DNA of 61,735 nucleotides, filler included, from Stramenopiles sp. TOSAG23-6 (Eukaryota): assembly GCA_900128565.1 (NCBI GenBank). It is 17 parts of 17 records of this genome, joined end to end, with 100 filler letters (N's around TTAATTAATTAA, not from the genome) between each part and the next. Parts side by side here need not be neighbours in the genome. Positions count along the whole stretch, not along the records: positions 36,515 to 40,045 come from LT637464.1; positions 40,146 to 43,675 come from LT637465.1; positions 43,776 to 47,297 come from LT637466.1; positions 47,398 to 50,913 come from LT637467.1; 13 more parts are not named here. The stretch is one strand, 5' to 3'. Positions within the stretch are counted from its first letter, which is position 1, and each line of letters begins with the position of its first letter. The position numbers and the translations under genes are program-made. Under the pieces are notes generated by a model. That model was not told the origin of the DNA. It made no database searches and was given only the letters and a program-made list of their open reading frames with translations. Below are positions 36,515 to 50,567 of this stretch, piece after piece.

Positions 36515-39500
36515 GCAACACCTGAAGACAAAATTATGCTACCACTTGAATCAGTGCTATTTGCAGATACAATGGACATTTCTCCTTCACTTTTAAGCTC
36601 AATGGAGCCACCAAACCCTGTATTAGTGGAACCAGCCTTTATATCGACTACACTACCTACTGTACTAGAAGTGCCACTACCGATATAAATATCTCCTGCG
36701 TCGTCACTTGCAGAAGATGATTGAATTTGCAAATCACCAGATGCACCACTGGTTGCATTGCCTGTGAGAGCTTTGACTTCTCCAGTATTTGTCCCATTAG
36801 AACTCAAAATACCAATAGCCCCACTAGATTCGGTGCCAGGGCCACTTGTTACCTCTACTGAACCACCCTGTGTATTACTAGAGCCAGATTTAATTGCAAC
36901 TGTCGCACCACTTGAAGTATCAGTATGTCCGGCATGAATGTCAATGTTGGCACCCTTTCCAGAATTTACGACTAAAAGTTCAGTATTACCATTGTGAGTT
37001 GGACCGGACATAAACTTGGCATCACCGGTTGAGCTGCTGTCACTGGAAACAATATAAACTTCACCAGATATTTTTTCTGTGCTAATACCACTAGTGATAT
37101 CTACATTGCCACCACTATGATCCGATGAAGAACCAGCTGAAACTAAATACGTATCACCAACAGTACGTGAACTACCTCCAGTAATACTAATTAATCCTGC
37201 ACTTGCCTCTTCCGAAACACCAGAAACAACTTCAACATAACCACTGTTTCCTGTATTGCTACTACCTGTATACAAAGCGATGTCGCCAGTAATATTACCA
37301 TTTGTAGTTTCGAGTTGTACTTTTCCACTGGAATGTGTTCCTGCACCAGATGACATCACAATATTGCCATGAATTCCGATGGAACCCCCGTTTGTGCTTG
37401 CTTCAGAAGCACTGAGAATCACTGAGTTTCCATGTACATCAATCTTACCCGACGATCCCTTTGATGAATCTCCTGAAGCTATATGAATACTTCCACTTGT
37501 TTTAGTACTATTAGAAGATGCAACAGAAATTATGCCTCTACTATTTAATTCAATGTTACCACCAATAGAACCACTCGTAGAACCCGCTCTTATGTTGATT
37601 ACACCTGCATCTTTATCAGATGTACCAGTTTGTATTTTAATAGATCCAGCTGTAGAAGATGCGCTTCCTGTATTGATTGATACATTACCAGATTTACCAT
37701 TGGTTGCATCGCCTGAAATAATATTTATCATACCGCTACTTTTGCCTCTATTACTTCTTATATTGATATCTCCCCCAGATTCATTTCCTGAACCACTGAA
37801 TAGGGAAATAATACCTCCAGTTGTGGTGCTATTTCCTGACTGGATTGAAATGTATCCTCCAGCGAGAGCATTTGTATACCCTGATTGCACTTGTATGTCA
37901 CCACCTTTCTGCGAATATACATTTACAATTCCACTGGAGCCATTAGTTGTCAGTCCAGAGCTAAGATCGACATTTCCACTTGAAGGTCCCACTGAGGAAG
38001 CAACAATGACACTTTGATCTGATATGTTGCCTGTTCCAGTTTGTAATATAATAGACCCCCCAACCTGGTTAGTGGAAGTTCCACCTAGTAGATAAGTACC
38101 CTTTACAAGTTTACCATGGGATACCCCAGGCGAAATACTGATTGTTTGTGTCCCCTGGTTTGATGAACCAGTGGTTATTTCCAGTAACCCCGATTCTTTT
38201 GAGTTTGACCCAGATATGGCTTTTATATCTCCAGATTTTGTATCTATTTTAAGGGTATTTTCTGATGCTATTATGATTTTACCTGTCAGGGTTTTGCTAG
38301 ACCCACTGTGTAAACTAATGCTGCCTCCTGAAAATTCTGAGTTTGTAGACATGCCAGCTTGAATCTTAACAGAAGGTTTCACCGTAGACACACCATTTCC
38401 ACTGGTAATACTGATACTACCTGCATGAGTTTCCTTGGAGTCTTTGGTCATTATTTTTAACATGCCGCTATTTCCTTCGGTGGCATTTCCACTACTCAAA
38501 TTAAAAGGATCGGATAAACTTTCAGAACTACTCGCAATTTGAAAGCTACCACTGGAAATATTACCAGTTCCACTTAATATTGAAGCAGCTTCATCATCAG
38601 CTGAACTACTTATTTTCATTTTCCCCACATTAGAACGGCTACTGCCAACACTCAAAATTGTTGAAGAATTCGTATGCGACACACCAGGGGTAATATAAAT
38701 ACCACCGCTTTCCATCGATGACCCAGTAGAAACAACAACGTCACCAGACAGACCATCCTGTGCTTGTGTAGATTGAAGTAAAATTTTACCACTCGTTGTA
38801 TGCGTTCCAAGTCCACTTTGAATACTTAAAGAACTGCCAGTAAAAAAGTTTGATGAAGCGGTAGATAAACGAACATTACTGGAAATAGTACTTTTACCTA
38901 CATTAATTTGAATTCCCCCACTTTCAGCACCAGTGGTGTCTCCGGTTGTCATGATTATATCACCAGAAGAATCATTCCCTCCTTCTCCAGTACTAATTTG
39001 GATTGCGTCTGAACCGCTAGAGTTTGAACTTATGTTGACAGCACCGCTTTCACGTGGAACGTTTTGTTCAATTTGAAAATTTCTTTGCCTAGCTTTCACG
39101 GCAGATAATAAATCAACTGTAAGCCTTTGTGGGCTGAATGAGCTTGTTTGAGTTTCTGTGGCATAACCGTATTCAGAAAATTCTTCGAGTACATTCTTAC
39201 TTAGATTTCTTACTTTAGTGTCGTTATTTTCTACTAAATATTCTTCCAACTTTAGTTTCTGTAAACGCATGAGTACACTAATATCATTAGTCAGTTCTTT
39301 GTTCTCTTTAATCCGATCATCTGCTGGGACGTTTAATTCGTCCGCAACAAAAGATCCATCAATATTAGCTTTTTCACTTGATAGCTTTAATATGTTTTCT
39401 TTCCCAATATTGAATTGCAAATCTTTATTGGCTAAAATATTCATACTTTGTGAGCTCTTTAAGCGTGCCATTTTCTCACTTGTAATTTCTAAACCTATTC

Positions 39501-40045
39501 TTTCAGATAGCAGCAGTGAAGAAGGCTTCTGAAAACCACCGCTAATAAAAACATCTGAATTATTGTCCTGTTTGACTATATGATTGCTTATTAAGATTTT
39601 GCCACCTGCACTGTCTTTACTTTTATCCGTTTTACCAGTGGATAGAATCACATCGCCTGAAAGCTTCGTAGAAATATCTATTTTCCCACTTTCTGTGTCA
39701 CTAGACGTACCACTGCGCAGCTCAGCTATTCCTGGTTTTTTACCATCACCTGCACTTATGAATATGTCATTCGATTTTGTTGATCCAAGGCCAACACTAA
39801 TGTACATATGTTTTCCTGTAGCAACAACGTCACCAGAAGTCTGTTTTGTCGCAATACCAGAACTAATACTTATGCTACCGCTGTTGCCCTCATCTTCCGT
39901 AGAAGATGTTACCATCAAAGTACTTTCACTCTTCAGTGTAGCATCGCCTCCTTTATTCTCCCCGTTCGATTTTCCTGCTTCAATGTGCAAAGCACTTCCA
40001 TTAGTATAAGATTTTCCTCCTTGAATTTGAATACTTCCAGCATTT
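36515..40045 (-). CDS. Giant Gly/Ser/Thr-rich beta-solenoid-like repeat protein with an internal S74-like chaperone segment, fragment
   Basis: About 14-aa SGxIxIxSG repeats, plus VPADDRIKENK..VLMRLQKLKLEEY near 39330-39230. Confidence 0.65.
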
Positions 40046-40265
40046 NNNNNNNNNNNNNNNNNNNNNNNNNNNNNNNNNNNNNNNNNNNNTTAATTAATTA
40101 ANNNNNNNNNNNNNNNNNNNNNNNNNNNNNNNNNNNNNNNNNNNNTTTCAATTTTTTATCTAAATATTTTTTTTTTTTTTTTTACGAAAAAAAAAAAATC
40201 TATACCTAACAAAAACAATTGAATTCTTCAATATTTTCAAAAAGAATATTTCTGCGGGTACATTA

Positions 40266-41476
40266 TTGAAAGTTTGCCCTGGTGTTGATGTAAATGGAGA
40301 GCCTATTATTGTTCGAATTAAAGTTCCAGAGTGTGAAGCTGGTTCAACCCTTCAAGTAAGAATATTAGTACAAGCTAACCCTAACCCTAAAGAATTAGTA
40401 CAAGCTAACCCTAACCCTAAAAATCCTAAAAATATGTTATTGAATGGGACAAAAATGATGGATCCAATCAGAAAGAAATCGATTATAGAGAACAGTACTT
40501 TATCCAAAAACCCTAACCCTAATGACATATATATACCGTATGATAATACATCACATATGAAAGAGAAAGAAAAACATTGTAATAAAAGAAAGCATCCTAA
40601 CCCTAACCCTAATCATTTGGAACAAAATGTAGGAAACCCTAACCCTAAAAAGAAAAAAGTAATGATTTCACTTAAACCAACGAAATCACCAATGATATCA
40701 GCAATGGATAAGTTAAATAAAAAAGTAGGGTTGTGTGATGACGTGGCATTACAAAATATGCAAAACACACAAAATGAAGAATTAATGGTACAAAAACAGG
40801 ATGACATAAAAAATAACCCTAACCCTAGTAACCCTACTCATACGTCTACTACTACGACTATACAACGAAATATTGAGAGTAAATTACAATTATATCAAAA
40901 ACAAATTGAGAAATTGGATCAATTTGATAATGATATTTCAAACCCTAAAAATCCTAAAAATCATATGAACAAATCATTTAAATCATCATTGGAAACAAAA
41001 TGTAAACCATTCTATCTTAATAACTCAACTGTAGATACTAACCCTAACCCTAATAAACATAAACATAAAAAATATGACAAACAATATGGAACCAACCAAA
41101 ATGATCCAATTAGGGTTAGGGTTAGGGTGGATGGATGTGATATAGATAGTATACAAGGTACTATGAAATCGTCTCAAACAAACAAAACAAACAAAACAAA
41201 CAAAATAAACAAAACAAACAAAATAAAACATATTGATGATGATTCATCACTAGGGTTAGGGTTATCATCCAGTGGTAACCCTAACCCTAATAACAACAAA
41301 AGAGAAGGAAATTTTTTACATAACAAAATTATTCCTGGTATTCCATCAATAAAATCAAACATTGATGCAACCCCTAACCCTAACCCTATCGAAGCCAAAC
41401 CAAAAGGAAAATCAAAAGGAAAAACAAAAGGATCTACAAGTGAAAGTGGTTATTGTCTAACAGGTCGTCAAATTCG
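40266..41476 (+). CDS. Low-complexity Asn/Lys/Pro-rich exon of unknown function, rich in CCCTAA/TTAGGG tracts
   Basis: 408-aa ORF bounded by family intron remnants; NPNP, LGLGL and RVRVRV all encoded by telomere-type repeats. Confidence 0.45.
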
Positions 41477-43775
41477 TGTATTTTTTATATGAATTTCTAA
41501 TTTAATTTTTTTTTTTTGGTTTTTTTTCGTAAAAAAANNNNNNNNNNNNNNNNNNNNNNNNNNNNNNNNNNNNNNNNNNNNNNNNNNNNNNNNNNNNNNN
41601 NNNNNNNNNNNNNNNNNNNNNNNNNNNNNNNNNNNNNNNNNNNNNNNNNNNNNNNNNNNNNNNNNNNNNNNNNNNNNNNNNNNNNNNCGTTTTAATTTTT
41701 TTTTTTTTTTTGGTTTTCATACGAAATTTTGTACCTAAGAAAAAAAAACATTTTTTTTTTTTTGAGTTTTTATTTTTTTTTAGGGTTAAGAACAATGTCT
41801 TGTATACTCTTACTATACCAAGATAAACAAAATCATAAAACATTTTACACAAACAACAAATATCTAATTTTTTGTTCTTTTCTACATGTATATACAAACA
41901 TTATATGCAGTTGGATCAAAATTGATGGAAATAAAAATGTAAAAATTTTAAAATCTATGCGTGGTAGACGGCCTGGTGGCAAAGTGTATAGGAATGACAC
42001 TGAAATCTCTCTCTCTGATGTTAAATGTATGTTTTTTTTTTTTTTTTAAAAAAAAAATCGATTTTTTTTTGGTTTTTTTTTAAAAAAAAAATCGATTTTT
42101 TTTTGGTTTTTTTTTAACAAAAAAATCGATTTTTTTTTTGGGTTTTTTTTTTGGTTTTTTATAAAAATTTTGTACCTAACGATTTTTTTTTGAAATCTCT
42201 CTCTCCGATATTAAATCAGCTTCGACGACAACAGAATTGTTCAAAGCACTACAAAACTTTCAAACGGTTATAGACAAAAAAACTTCAATTAAATGGATAT
42301 ATTGATTCAAAACTCTTAAAAATTGTATCACAAACATTAGAAAAAAGCAAAACTGAAATTTGGACTCCTGAAATTTCAGAGAAAATTACATATTTATTTA
42401 AGCGTTTAGAACCATTTTGTATTGATCCTGATCATGATAAAATGGATGAATGTAAAGCAAAACAAAAGACTTATTCCAATAGTGTGTGGCCAACTCATGA
42501 AGTTTGTTTTCATCATGAATTTTTTTTATTTTTTTTTTTTCATAAAGAATTTTTTTTTTATTTTTTTTTCATCATGAATTTAATTCCAAAATGTNNNNNN
42601 NNNNNNNNNNNNNNNNNNNNNNNNNTTTTTTTTATTTATTTTTTTTTTTTGAGTATGTACCAATGTACCATTCATTCATCATGATAAAAACATCAATCAA
42701 TTTTGAATTCTTATTTCTCAATATGATACCTTTTTTAACATATTTTCTTCATAATAGTGTAAATTAAATGAAACACCACAAAATGTTGCTTTAAAATATT
42801 TCGTTGATTTGGAATCTCTTTTAATAATTAATAGAATTATATACAAAAATCTCTCTTCTACGTCAAAGCTACGTGAACACACAGTGTATGTTTTATTATT
42901 ATTTTTTTTTTTACAAAAAAATCGAATTTTTTNNNNNNNNNNNNNNNNNNNNNNNNNNNNNNNNNNNNNNNNNNNNNNNNNNNNNNNNNNNNNNNNNNNN
43001 NNNNNNNNNNNNNNNNNNNNNNNNTTAATTTTTTTTTTTTAAATATTTTTCTACAATACATACTTTGGTTACCTAGACAATTCCATAAAAGTAAAAATGA
43101 TAATAGTTTAGTACAAAGAGAAAAGCAACTCATGAAAGGAGCTTTTCTCGATACTGAGGATCCTAACCCTAATTCTGCTGATGTCAACCCTAACCCTAAT
43201 AATCAAAATTCAAACATTTCAAAAAAAACAAATATTGATAGTTCTATTGATAGTTCTATTGATAGTTCATTAACTCTGTCAGATGAAACACATGAACAAT
43301 TGGATAATAAAAAAACACAAATAATGATTGAGCAAAACAGAGAAAAACAACATACTACTCCAACTAATGTACATTTTCATCCTTCCTGTTAACCCTAACC
43401 CTAATTTTTATTTATTTTTTATATTTTAAAATCTAAAAAATTTTTTTTTTTTTTTTGTTTCTGTAAAAAAAAACACAAAAAATAAAAATTGTACCTAATT
43501 TTTTTTTTTACACTACAAGAGCAATTCACACACAGTAAAGGTCTACTATATTGCATATGATAATGAAACACCAAAACTAATCTCAAATGTATGTTTTATT
43601 TCTTTTCAATTTCGAATTTATTTTTCGTACGAAATTTTATACCTAACGATTTTTTTTTGAAATATTTTTCCAAAANNNNNNNNNNNNNNNNNNNNNNNNN
43701 NNNNNNNNNNNNNNNNNNNTTAATTAATTAANNNNNNNNNNNNNNNNNNNNNNNNNNNNNNNNNNNNNNNNNNNN

Positions 43776-45413
43776 GTTAGTGGAGATTTAAGTGTAACAA
43801 CAGGAACAACATCAGAAGGTAGTAGTGGATATGTTGTTCTTCGCACAGGTAGTGCCACTCTTGGTACAGGTGGAAGTATAAGTATTGTTATTGGAAGTGG
43901 GAAAACTGGCACTGGAGGTCGTGTTGTTATGTCAGCAGGAGAGAGTACAATTCTAACTGGTGGTGCTATTTCAGTTGTATCGGGATATGGTAGTGAATCT
44001 TCTAGCGGTTCATTCAGCATTCACACATCGAGAAGTGGAACTAATGGTGTATCTGGAGAAGTATCTTTGGTATCAGGAAAAGTAACTACAGGGGGTAGTA
44101 GTGGATCTATAACACTCCAAACTGGTTTGGCAAGATCAGGCACAAGTGGAAGTATTAGTCTCGCTGTTGGAAGTGGTAATACATCAGTCGGAGGACGTAT
44201 TGTTATTAATTCTGGTGAAAGCACGAGCACAACAGGTGGTGCGATATCGATTATTTCTGGATATGGATCATCATCATCATCTGGCAACTTTTCAATAAGA
44301 ACATCAAATGGAGGTGAGTCAGGAGTTAGTGGAGATTTAAGTGTAACAACAGGAACAACATCAGAAGGTAGTAGTGGATCCATTGTTCTTCGCACAGGTA
44401 GTGCCACTCTTGGGACAGGTGGAAGTATAAGTATCGTTATTGGAAGTGGGAAAAATGGTACTGGAGGTCGTGTTGGTATGTCAGCAGGAGAAAGCACAAT
44501 TCTAACAGGTGGTGCTATTTCATTTATATCTGGATATGGTAATGAATCTTCTAGCGGTTCATTCAGCATTCGCACTTCGAGAAGTGGAACTAATGGTGTA
44601 TCTGGAGAAATATCTTTTGTATCAGGAAAAGTAACTACAGGGGGTAGTAGTGGATCTATAACACTCCGAACTGGTTCGGCAATATCAGGCACAGGTGGAA
44701 GTATAAGTTTTACTGTTGGAAGTGGTAATACATCAGCCGGAGGACGTGTAAGTATAGATGCGGGAAATAGTGAAGGTTCCGGAGAGAGCTATGGTGGTTC
44801 AGTTTCGATGTTATCTGGTTATGGGAAATCTACATCAAGCGGAAGTTTCAGTATTAGAAGTGCTGATTCAGGTGACTCAGGTATTAGTGGATTGATGAAT
44901 ATTGTAACAGGTGACTCAATATTTGGAAATAGTGGAACAATGATGCTTCGCACAAGTAATGCAGAGAATGGCACTGGTGGTAACTTTAGTGTTGTTGTCG
45001 GGCGTGGTACACATAATAGTGGAGCTCGAGTTGCAGTAATTGCAGGAGAGATCGAAGATACTACTGGTGGGTCTATATCTATAATATCGGGGTATGGGCG
45101 TCAAAGCTCAAGTGGTATATTTAGTGTTCGTACGTCAAATTCTGGTAATGGTGGTGTCTCTGGTAGTTTGGGCATTTCCACTGGATATGCATCTAACAGT
45201 AGTGGTAAATTTTTGCTTCAAACTGGTACTGCAAAATTAGGTTCGTCCGGAAGTATTAGTGTTCTTGTAGGTGGTGGAAGTATAAAGTCTGGTGGGCGCT
45301 TAAGCTTAATATCTGGATCAAGCGAAGATGAAACTGGTGGAGCAATTTCAATATTTTCAGGTCATGGGAGTACTACATCTAGTGGAACATTTAGCATAAG
45401 TACATCTGATGTA
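43776..45413 (+). CDS. Gly/Ser-rich repeat protein (same family as 36515-40045), fragment
   Basis: GGAISxxSGYG..SSGSFSIRTS higher-order repeats; the coding strand flips at about 45407. Confidence 0.6.
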
Positions 45414-47297
45414 GGAACATTTGTTCCACTACCAACAATTACACTAACACTGCCACTTGTTCCTAGTGTTGCAGAACCAGTGCGGAATATCATATTTCCA
45501 CTACTTCCACCACTTGCTGACCCTGTAGCAATAGATATATCACCCGAAACACCATTCAAGCCAGAACGGGAAGTGCGGACACTGAAAGAGCCACTTGAAC
45601 TCAAAGATCCATATCCTGAAATTAAAGAAATGGCGCCTCCATTTAGCGATGTACTTTCACCAGCACTTATAATAATGCGCCCACCAACTGATTCATTGCC
45701 GCTACCAACTACAATACTCAAACTTCCACTTGTTCCTAATGTTGACGAACCTGTACGTAGCCTGATTATACCAGAGCTGCCACCTGTTATAACTTTGCCA
45801 GATGCCAAAGATATTGTCCCAGATATACCGTCTATTCCTGTATCAGAAGTTCGGAGACTAAATGAACCGCTTGACGATACATTTCCATAACCAGACATTA
45901 ATGAAATTGAACCACCTGTAGAAGTATTGCTTTTTCCAGCTGATATAACAACACGACCACCATATAAAACATTACCACTTCCGATGATCACACTCATGTT
46001 TCCACCAGTACCCGATGTGCTACTTCCTGTCCGGAGTATCACGGAGCCGCTAAAGCCAGCAGAAGAATTTCCGGAAGTGATATTTAATTTTCCATTTGCT
46101 CCGTGAGAACCCGCATTTGATGTTTTAATAGAAAATGATCCACTTGAAGATGTAGAGCCATACCCTGAGATGAGAGAAAAGGATCCACCAGAAGTAGATG
46201 TACTTTCCCCGGCGCTGATTACGATCCGTCCCCCGGAAGATGAAATCCCACTCCCAACAATTACACTTATAGACCCGCTAGCTCCAAGTGTAGCTGAATT
46301 AGAGCTGAGCGAGATTGTACCACTTTTACCACTACTAGATGAACCAGACGTCAATGCAATGGCGCCTGAAATACCCGCATCACCTGAGTTATTTGTCATG
46401 ATACTGAACGAGCCACTAGATGTTTCCCTTCCGTGTCCCGAGATGATTGAGAAGTTTCCACCACTTACTGTTGTGCTTTCTCCTGCGCCCATACTTATAC
46501 GACCTCCAACAGAAAAGCTACCTTTACCAATAATTACACTAATAGATCCTCCAGTCCCACTTATCGCAGATCCAGAACGAATAGTAACATAACCACTACT
46601 TCCTTTTGTAGCTGAACCCGATATTAAAGAAATCTCACCTGATACTCCTGAATTTCCGGCAAAAGGTGTACGTATGCTGAAGGAACCACTTGATTTTGTG
46701 CTTCCATATCCGGTTATAATGGATAAGCCACCACCTGTGACATCTGTACTTTCACCAGACGTCATTACAATTCTTCCTCCTGCATTATAATCGCCACTTC
46801 CAACAGAAACATTAATATTTCCACCAGATCCATTTACTCCAGAACCCGATGCAAACGTGAGCATACCACTACTACCGATCTTCGCAAAGCCTGTTCCTAA
46901 AGTCATAGAACCAGAAGCCCCATTTGTCCCTGATGCTAACGTTTTTAGAAAGAATTCCCCGCTAGTTTCATTTGCACTAAAGCCAGAAATCAAATGTATT
47001 GCCCCGCCTGTTCCATCTAACATTGTACCTGGAACGACTTTGGCAGCTCCACCAATTGATTTTTTTACGTCACCTTTACCGACAAGAAGACTTATACTGC
47101 CACTCGTGCCAAGCCTTGCTGTGCCAGTGGAGATTATCAACCCCCCACTATTACCCTTAGATGTTGTACCTGTTTTGAATGATAAAGAACCAGACACACC
47201 GTTATGCCCTGCATCCGATGTCTTAATAATGAATACACCACCAGATGTTATTTTGCCATACCCACTTATGATTGACATTGTCCCTCCTCTCGAATTT
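45401..47297 (-). CDS. Gly/Ser-rich repeat protein, fragment on the opposite strand
   Basis: Same repeat pattern in ORF 45362-47278. Confidence 0.6.
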
Positions 47298-47397
47298 NNN
47301 NNNNNNNNNNNNNNNNNNNNNNNNNNNNNNNNNNNNNNNNNTTAATTAATTAANNNNNNNNNNNNNNNNNNNNNNNNNNNNNNNNNNNNNNNNNNNN

Positions 47398-49270
47398 TCT
47401 ACCTAATGCTCTGCCTGCTGTTGAAATACCAGAAAATCCACTCCAAAATCATGGCTCCAACCTTGGTAATCGAGTGAGACTTGTTATGTGTAATATGAAC
47501 CGTATCAGTCGAATGTATCGTTCTGGTATGCGACCCGTGTATAAAACAATAAGTCTATCTACAGATGCACAACCTCATGGGTCATCACGGTTTGTGGACG
47601 ATGGTCAAGGCTGGAATATAGTGCCATTGGCGCCTTATATTCGGAGTGGTCAAGATGGTGTGGAATTGTGTATTGACCATGATTTCCCTGAACCTCCTTT
47701 ATCTTGCAAGGAATCCTTTTTGACATATTTTGCTTTTTGCTACCCATATAGTTTTGCAGCAATACAGAGGTGTCTTTCTAGAGCAGAAACGTCTGTACTA
47801 TCATCAAATAAAGTTCAGCCTGGAACTCAAGATAAAATTTATTATCATAGGGAACTACTTGTCCGTACACTTCAAAATAGAAGAGTAGACCTTATAACAA
47901 TAACTGCAGATGATGCTAGTCGGAGTGATGATCGAGAAGTATCTCTAGATGGTATATTTCCACCTGAGAGAGAATATGCTGATATCAAGAAGGATATTTC
48001 TAATATATCAAATAATAACTCTTCTACTAATGGCGCGTCTAAATTAAAGGAGTTAAAAGGATTTCATCCACCACCTTTACGACCATATAAATTTCCTGGC
48101 AAGCCTGTTGTGTTTATAAGCGCGCGTGTTCATCCTGGAGAGACACCTTCCTCTTTTATATTTGATGGTATTCTCAATTTTCTAATTGATCCAACCGACC
48201 CAAGAGCACATATTTTACGGAGTCACTTTGTTTTCAAACTTATTCCTGTTCTTAACCCTGACGGGGTGTCACTAGGGCATCACCGTACAGATTCAATGGG
48301 TAGAGATCTCAATCGCTTTTATAAAAATGCTGATCCAAAGGAACATCCAGTTGTCCATGCTGTGATGCGTGTATTGCGACAGATCAATGAACCTGCGTTG
48401 AAGAACTTAGTACAAAAGAATGATAAAGAAATTTCAGAAAAAGAAAGCAAAATAAATACAGACACAGATAAATTTCCAAAGACAATATATAGCAATAAAC
48501 AAAGCCTTTATATGTACATTGATCTTCATGCACATGCATCGAAGTCAGGAATGTTTATGTTTGGTAACCATCTTCCTACATTGGAAAAACGTATTGAAAC
48601 TAGACTTTTCCCATGGCTTGTGGGGCATAATTATTCTCTTTTTGAAGAAAATAGCTGTAATTTCTCTCTCTCCAGAATGAGTAATAAAGACAAAAGCGGA
48701 TTTTCAAAAGCAGGTTGTGGACGTGTTTGTGTTTATCATAACACATCATGTACCCGTGTTTATACTTTAGAATCTAACTATTATAGTGGTAAGAATAATC
48801 CTAACAAACAATATACCCCAAGTGATTGGAGAACTTTAGGAAGAAAATGTATGATATCACTTGTTTGTATGTTAGGTGTTGATGTCAGTGATACTGATGC
48901 TGTGCAGAATGTTAATGATATAGATGTAAAACAAAATGATAAATGTGATAATCTTCCAAAGATGAATAAATCTGACAATGTGTCGTTAACAAATATCGTT
49001 CCAAACGTGCCAAAAACTGAAGATTTCATAAACATCAAAACAATGAGTTCTGCCTTACCACCAATACCAAAAGCTGCACTTCTTCTTCAACAGGCAAAGT
49101 CAGAGTTGCGAGAAAAATTAACTGGGATAAAACCTACGAAAGGTTCAAAGGCTAAGGGAAGTCAGCTAAAAGCACAGAAAAAAGCTGCACGGCGTAAATT
49201 AGAAATGCAAAAGGCAAAGTCTCGTGGAGCTTCAAAAGAAGAAAAAAATTGGGTTGTGACTCGGCCTTAG
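47398..49270 (+). CDS. Cytosolic carboxypeptidase / tubulin deglutamylase (M14D, CCP5/AGBL5-like), 5' truncated
   Basis: YFAFCYPYS, ISARVHPGETPSS, KLIPVLNPDGV..GHHRTD..DLNR, IDLHAH and YTLESNY motifs. Confidence 0.9.
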
Positions 49271-49385
49271 TTAATATGCTTTATTATTATAAAAATGTTT
49301 TGTAGTATACTTATTTTTGAACAATAATTATATACTACCTGATAAGTTGAATGATAGATTTTAAAGTACTCATGCACAATATATT

Positions 49386-50060
49386 TCATACAGGAACAGT
49401 GAGAACAGTATGGGATTCTCGTTCATGGCGCCGTCTTTTTTTCTTTTTTCTTTTCTTTTTGGATTCTTCTTCACTCTCTGAGCTCGAACTACTACTGCTG
49501 TCCGTACTTGAATATTTTTCCTTCTTTTTTTTCTTTTTCTTCGATTTCTTTTTCTTCTTCCTCGATTTTCTATATTTTTCCTTATCTGTATCACTGTCGC
49601 TATCAGATACTTGTTTTTCTTTCTTTTCCTTCTTTCGCTTTTTCTTCTTCTTCTTCTTCTTAGCTTTCTTCCTCGTTTTTTTATCTTTTTCGCTATCGCT
49701 ATCAGATAAATCTATAGGTTTTGCAGTTGTTAGATCAGTTGCTTCGAAATGCTTCCTTTTCTTTCTGGCAGCTTTTTCACGGGCGTCACTGTTGTGTTTC
49801 TTGTAATCCACCGCGTCCTCCTCGTCACACGCGTCAAATACAGATTTCTGTAGATCTTTGACTGCTGACTTAATGCGATCTTTATACATCTCACGCAAAG
49901 TCTTTGTAGCATTGACACCCCCAAGTGCCCGGTTAGTGGCATCTGCCTTCGCCTTGCCACCGTCCTGCAAAGGGTGCCGAGCACACGTCCGTGTATAACA
50001 CGCAGAGCATACTGACGCTGCCACCCTCCTCATACCTCCTGGTGGATGTCTACCTACCAT
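49386..50060 (-). CDS. Small Lys/Ser-rich nuclear protein with an N-terminal CxxC..C..H motif
   Basis: 224-aa ORF with CSACYTRTCARH followed by poly-Lys and SDSDS tracts. Confidence 0.55.
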   Translation of the reverse strand: MVGRHPPGGMRRVAASVCSACYTRTCARHPLQDGGKAKADATNRALGGVNATKTLREMYKDRIKSAVKDLQKSVFDACDEEDAVDYKKHNSDAREKAARKKRKHFEATDLTTAKPIDLSDSDSEKDKKTRKKAKKKKKKKKRKKEKKEKQVSDSDSDTDKEKYRKSRKKKKKSKKKKKKKEKYSSTDSSSSSSSESEEESKKKRKKKKRRRHERESHTVLTVPV

Positions 50061-50567
50061 ATTTTTGAAATTGACTTCCTCCTAAAAGACTAAAGATTCA
50101 ATTAAAAATAAAAAATGTGTATATATTCGATCTACTTTAGCGAAAAGAGTTTGAATGTTCCAATAATATAGAATCCGGTATAGATTTTTGGCGAATATTG
50201 GGACCAAAAAGTCGGTGTATTATCTCTGAGCTCTCCCACCACTATCCACGAGAGAGATCTATCGCAATTTATTGCGCGCTCGAAAGCAGCTCAAGCTCGA
50301 ATCGCGCTATAATATGTTACCGGGTACACCTAGTATTTTCGCTCAAGACTGTGTTTTCGACAGAAATATAATATAATAACATGAAAAACATTTCTAAATT
50401 TTCAAGCAAACATCGAAGTATCCTAGTTTATTTGTATTTTTTTCTCAACAAACTTTCATTGTATTATCTAAAAGTCATAAACTNNNNNNNNNNNNNNNNN
50501 NNNNNNNNNNNNNNNNNNATCACAAGGAAAATATTTACAAACAATGTCAAACATAACTTCTGCATGT

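Noticed and set aside
45401-45413. Strand switch of the Gly/Ser repeat gene as a programmed inversion
   Set aside because: The junction is a short palindrome (TACATCTGATGTA), the signature of a template-switch chimera; no recombinase sites are evident.
44021-47345. Long Pro/Leu-rich antisense ORFs, and similar ones opposite other genes
   Set aside because: Shadow frames of the Gly/Ser repeat genes and other real CDSs.
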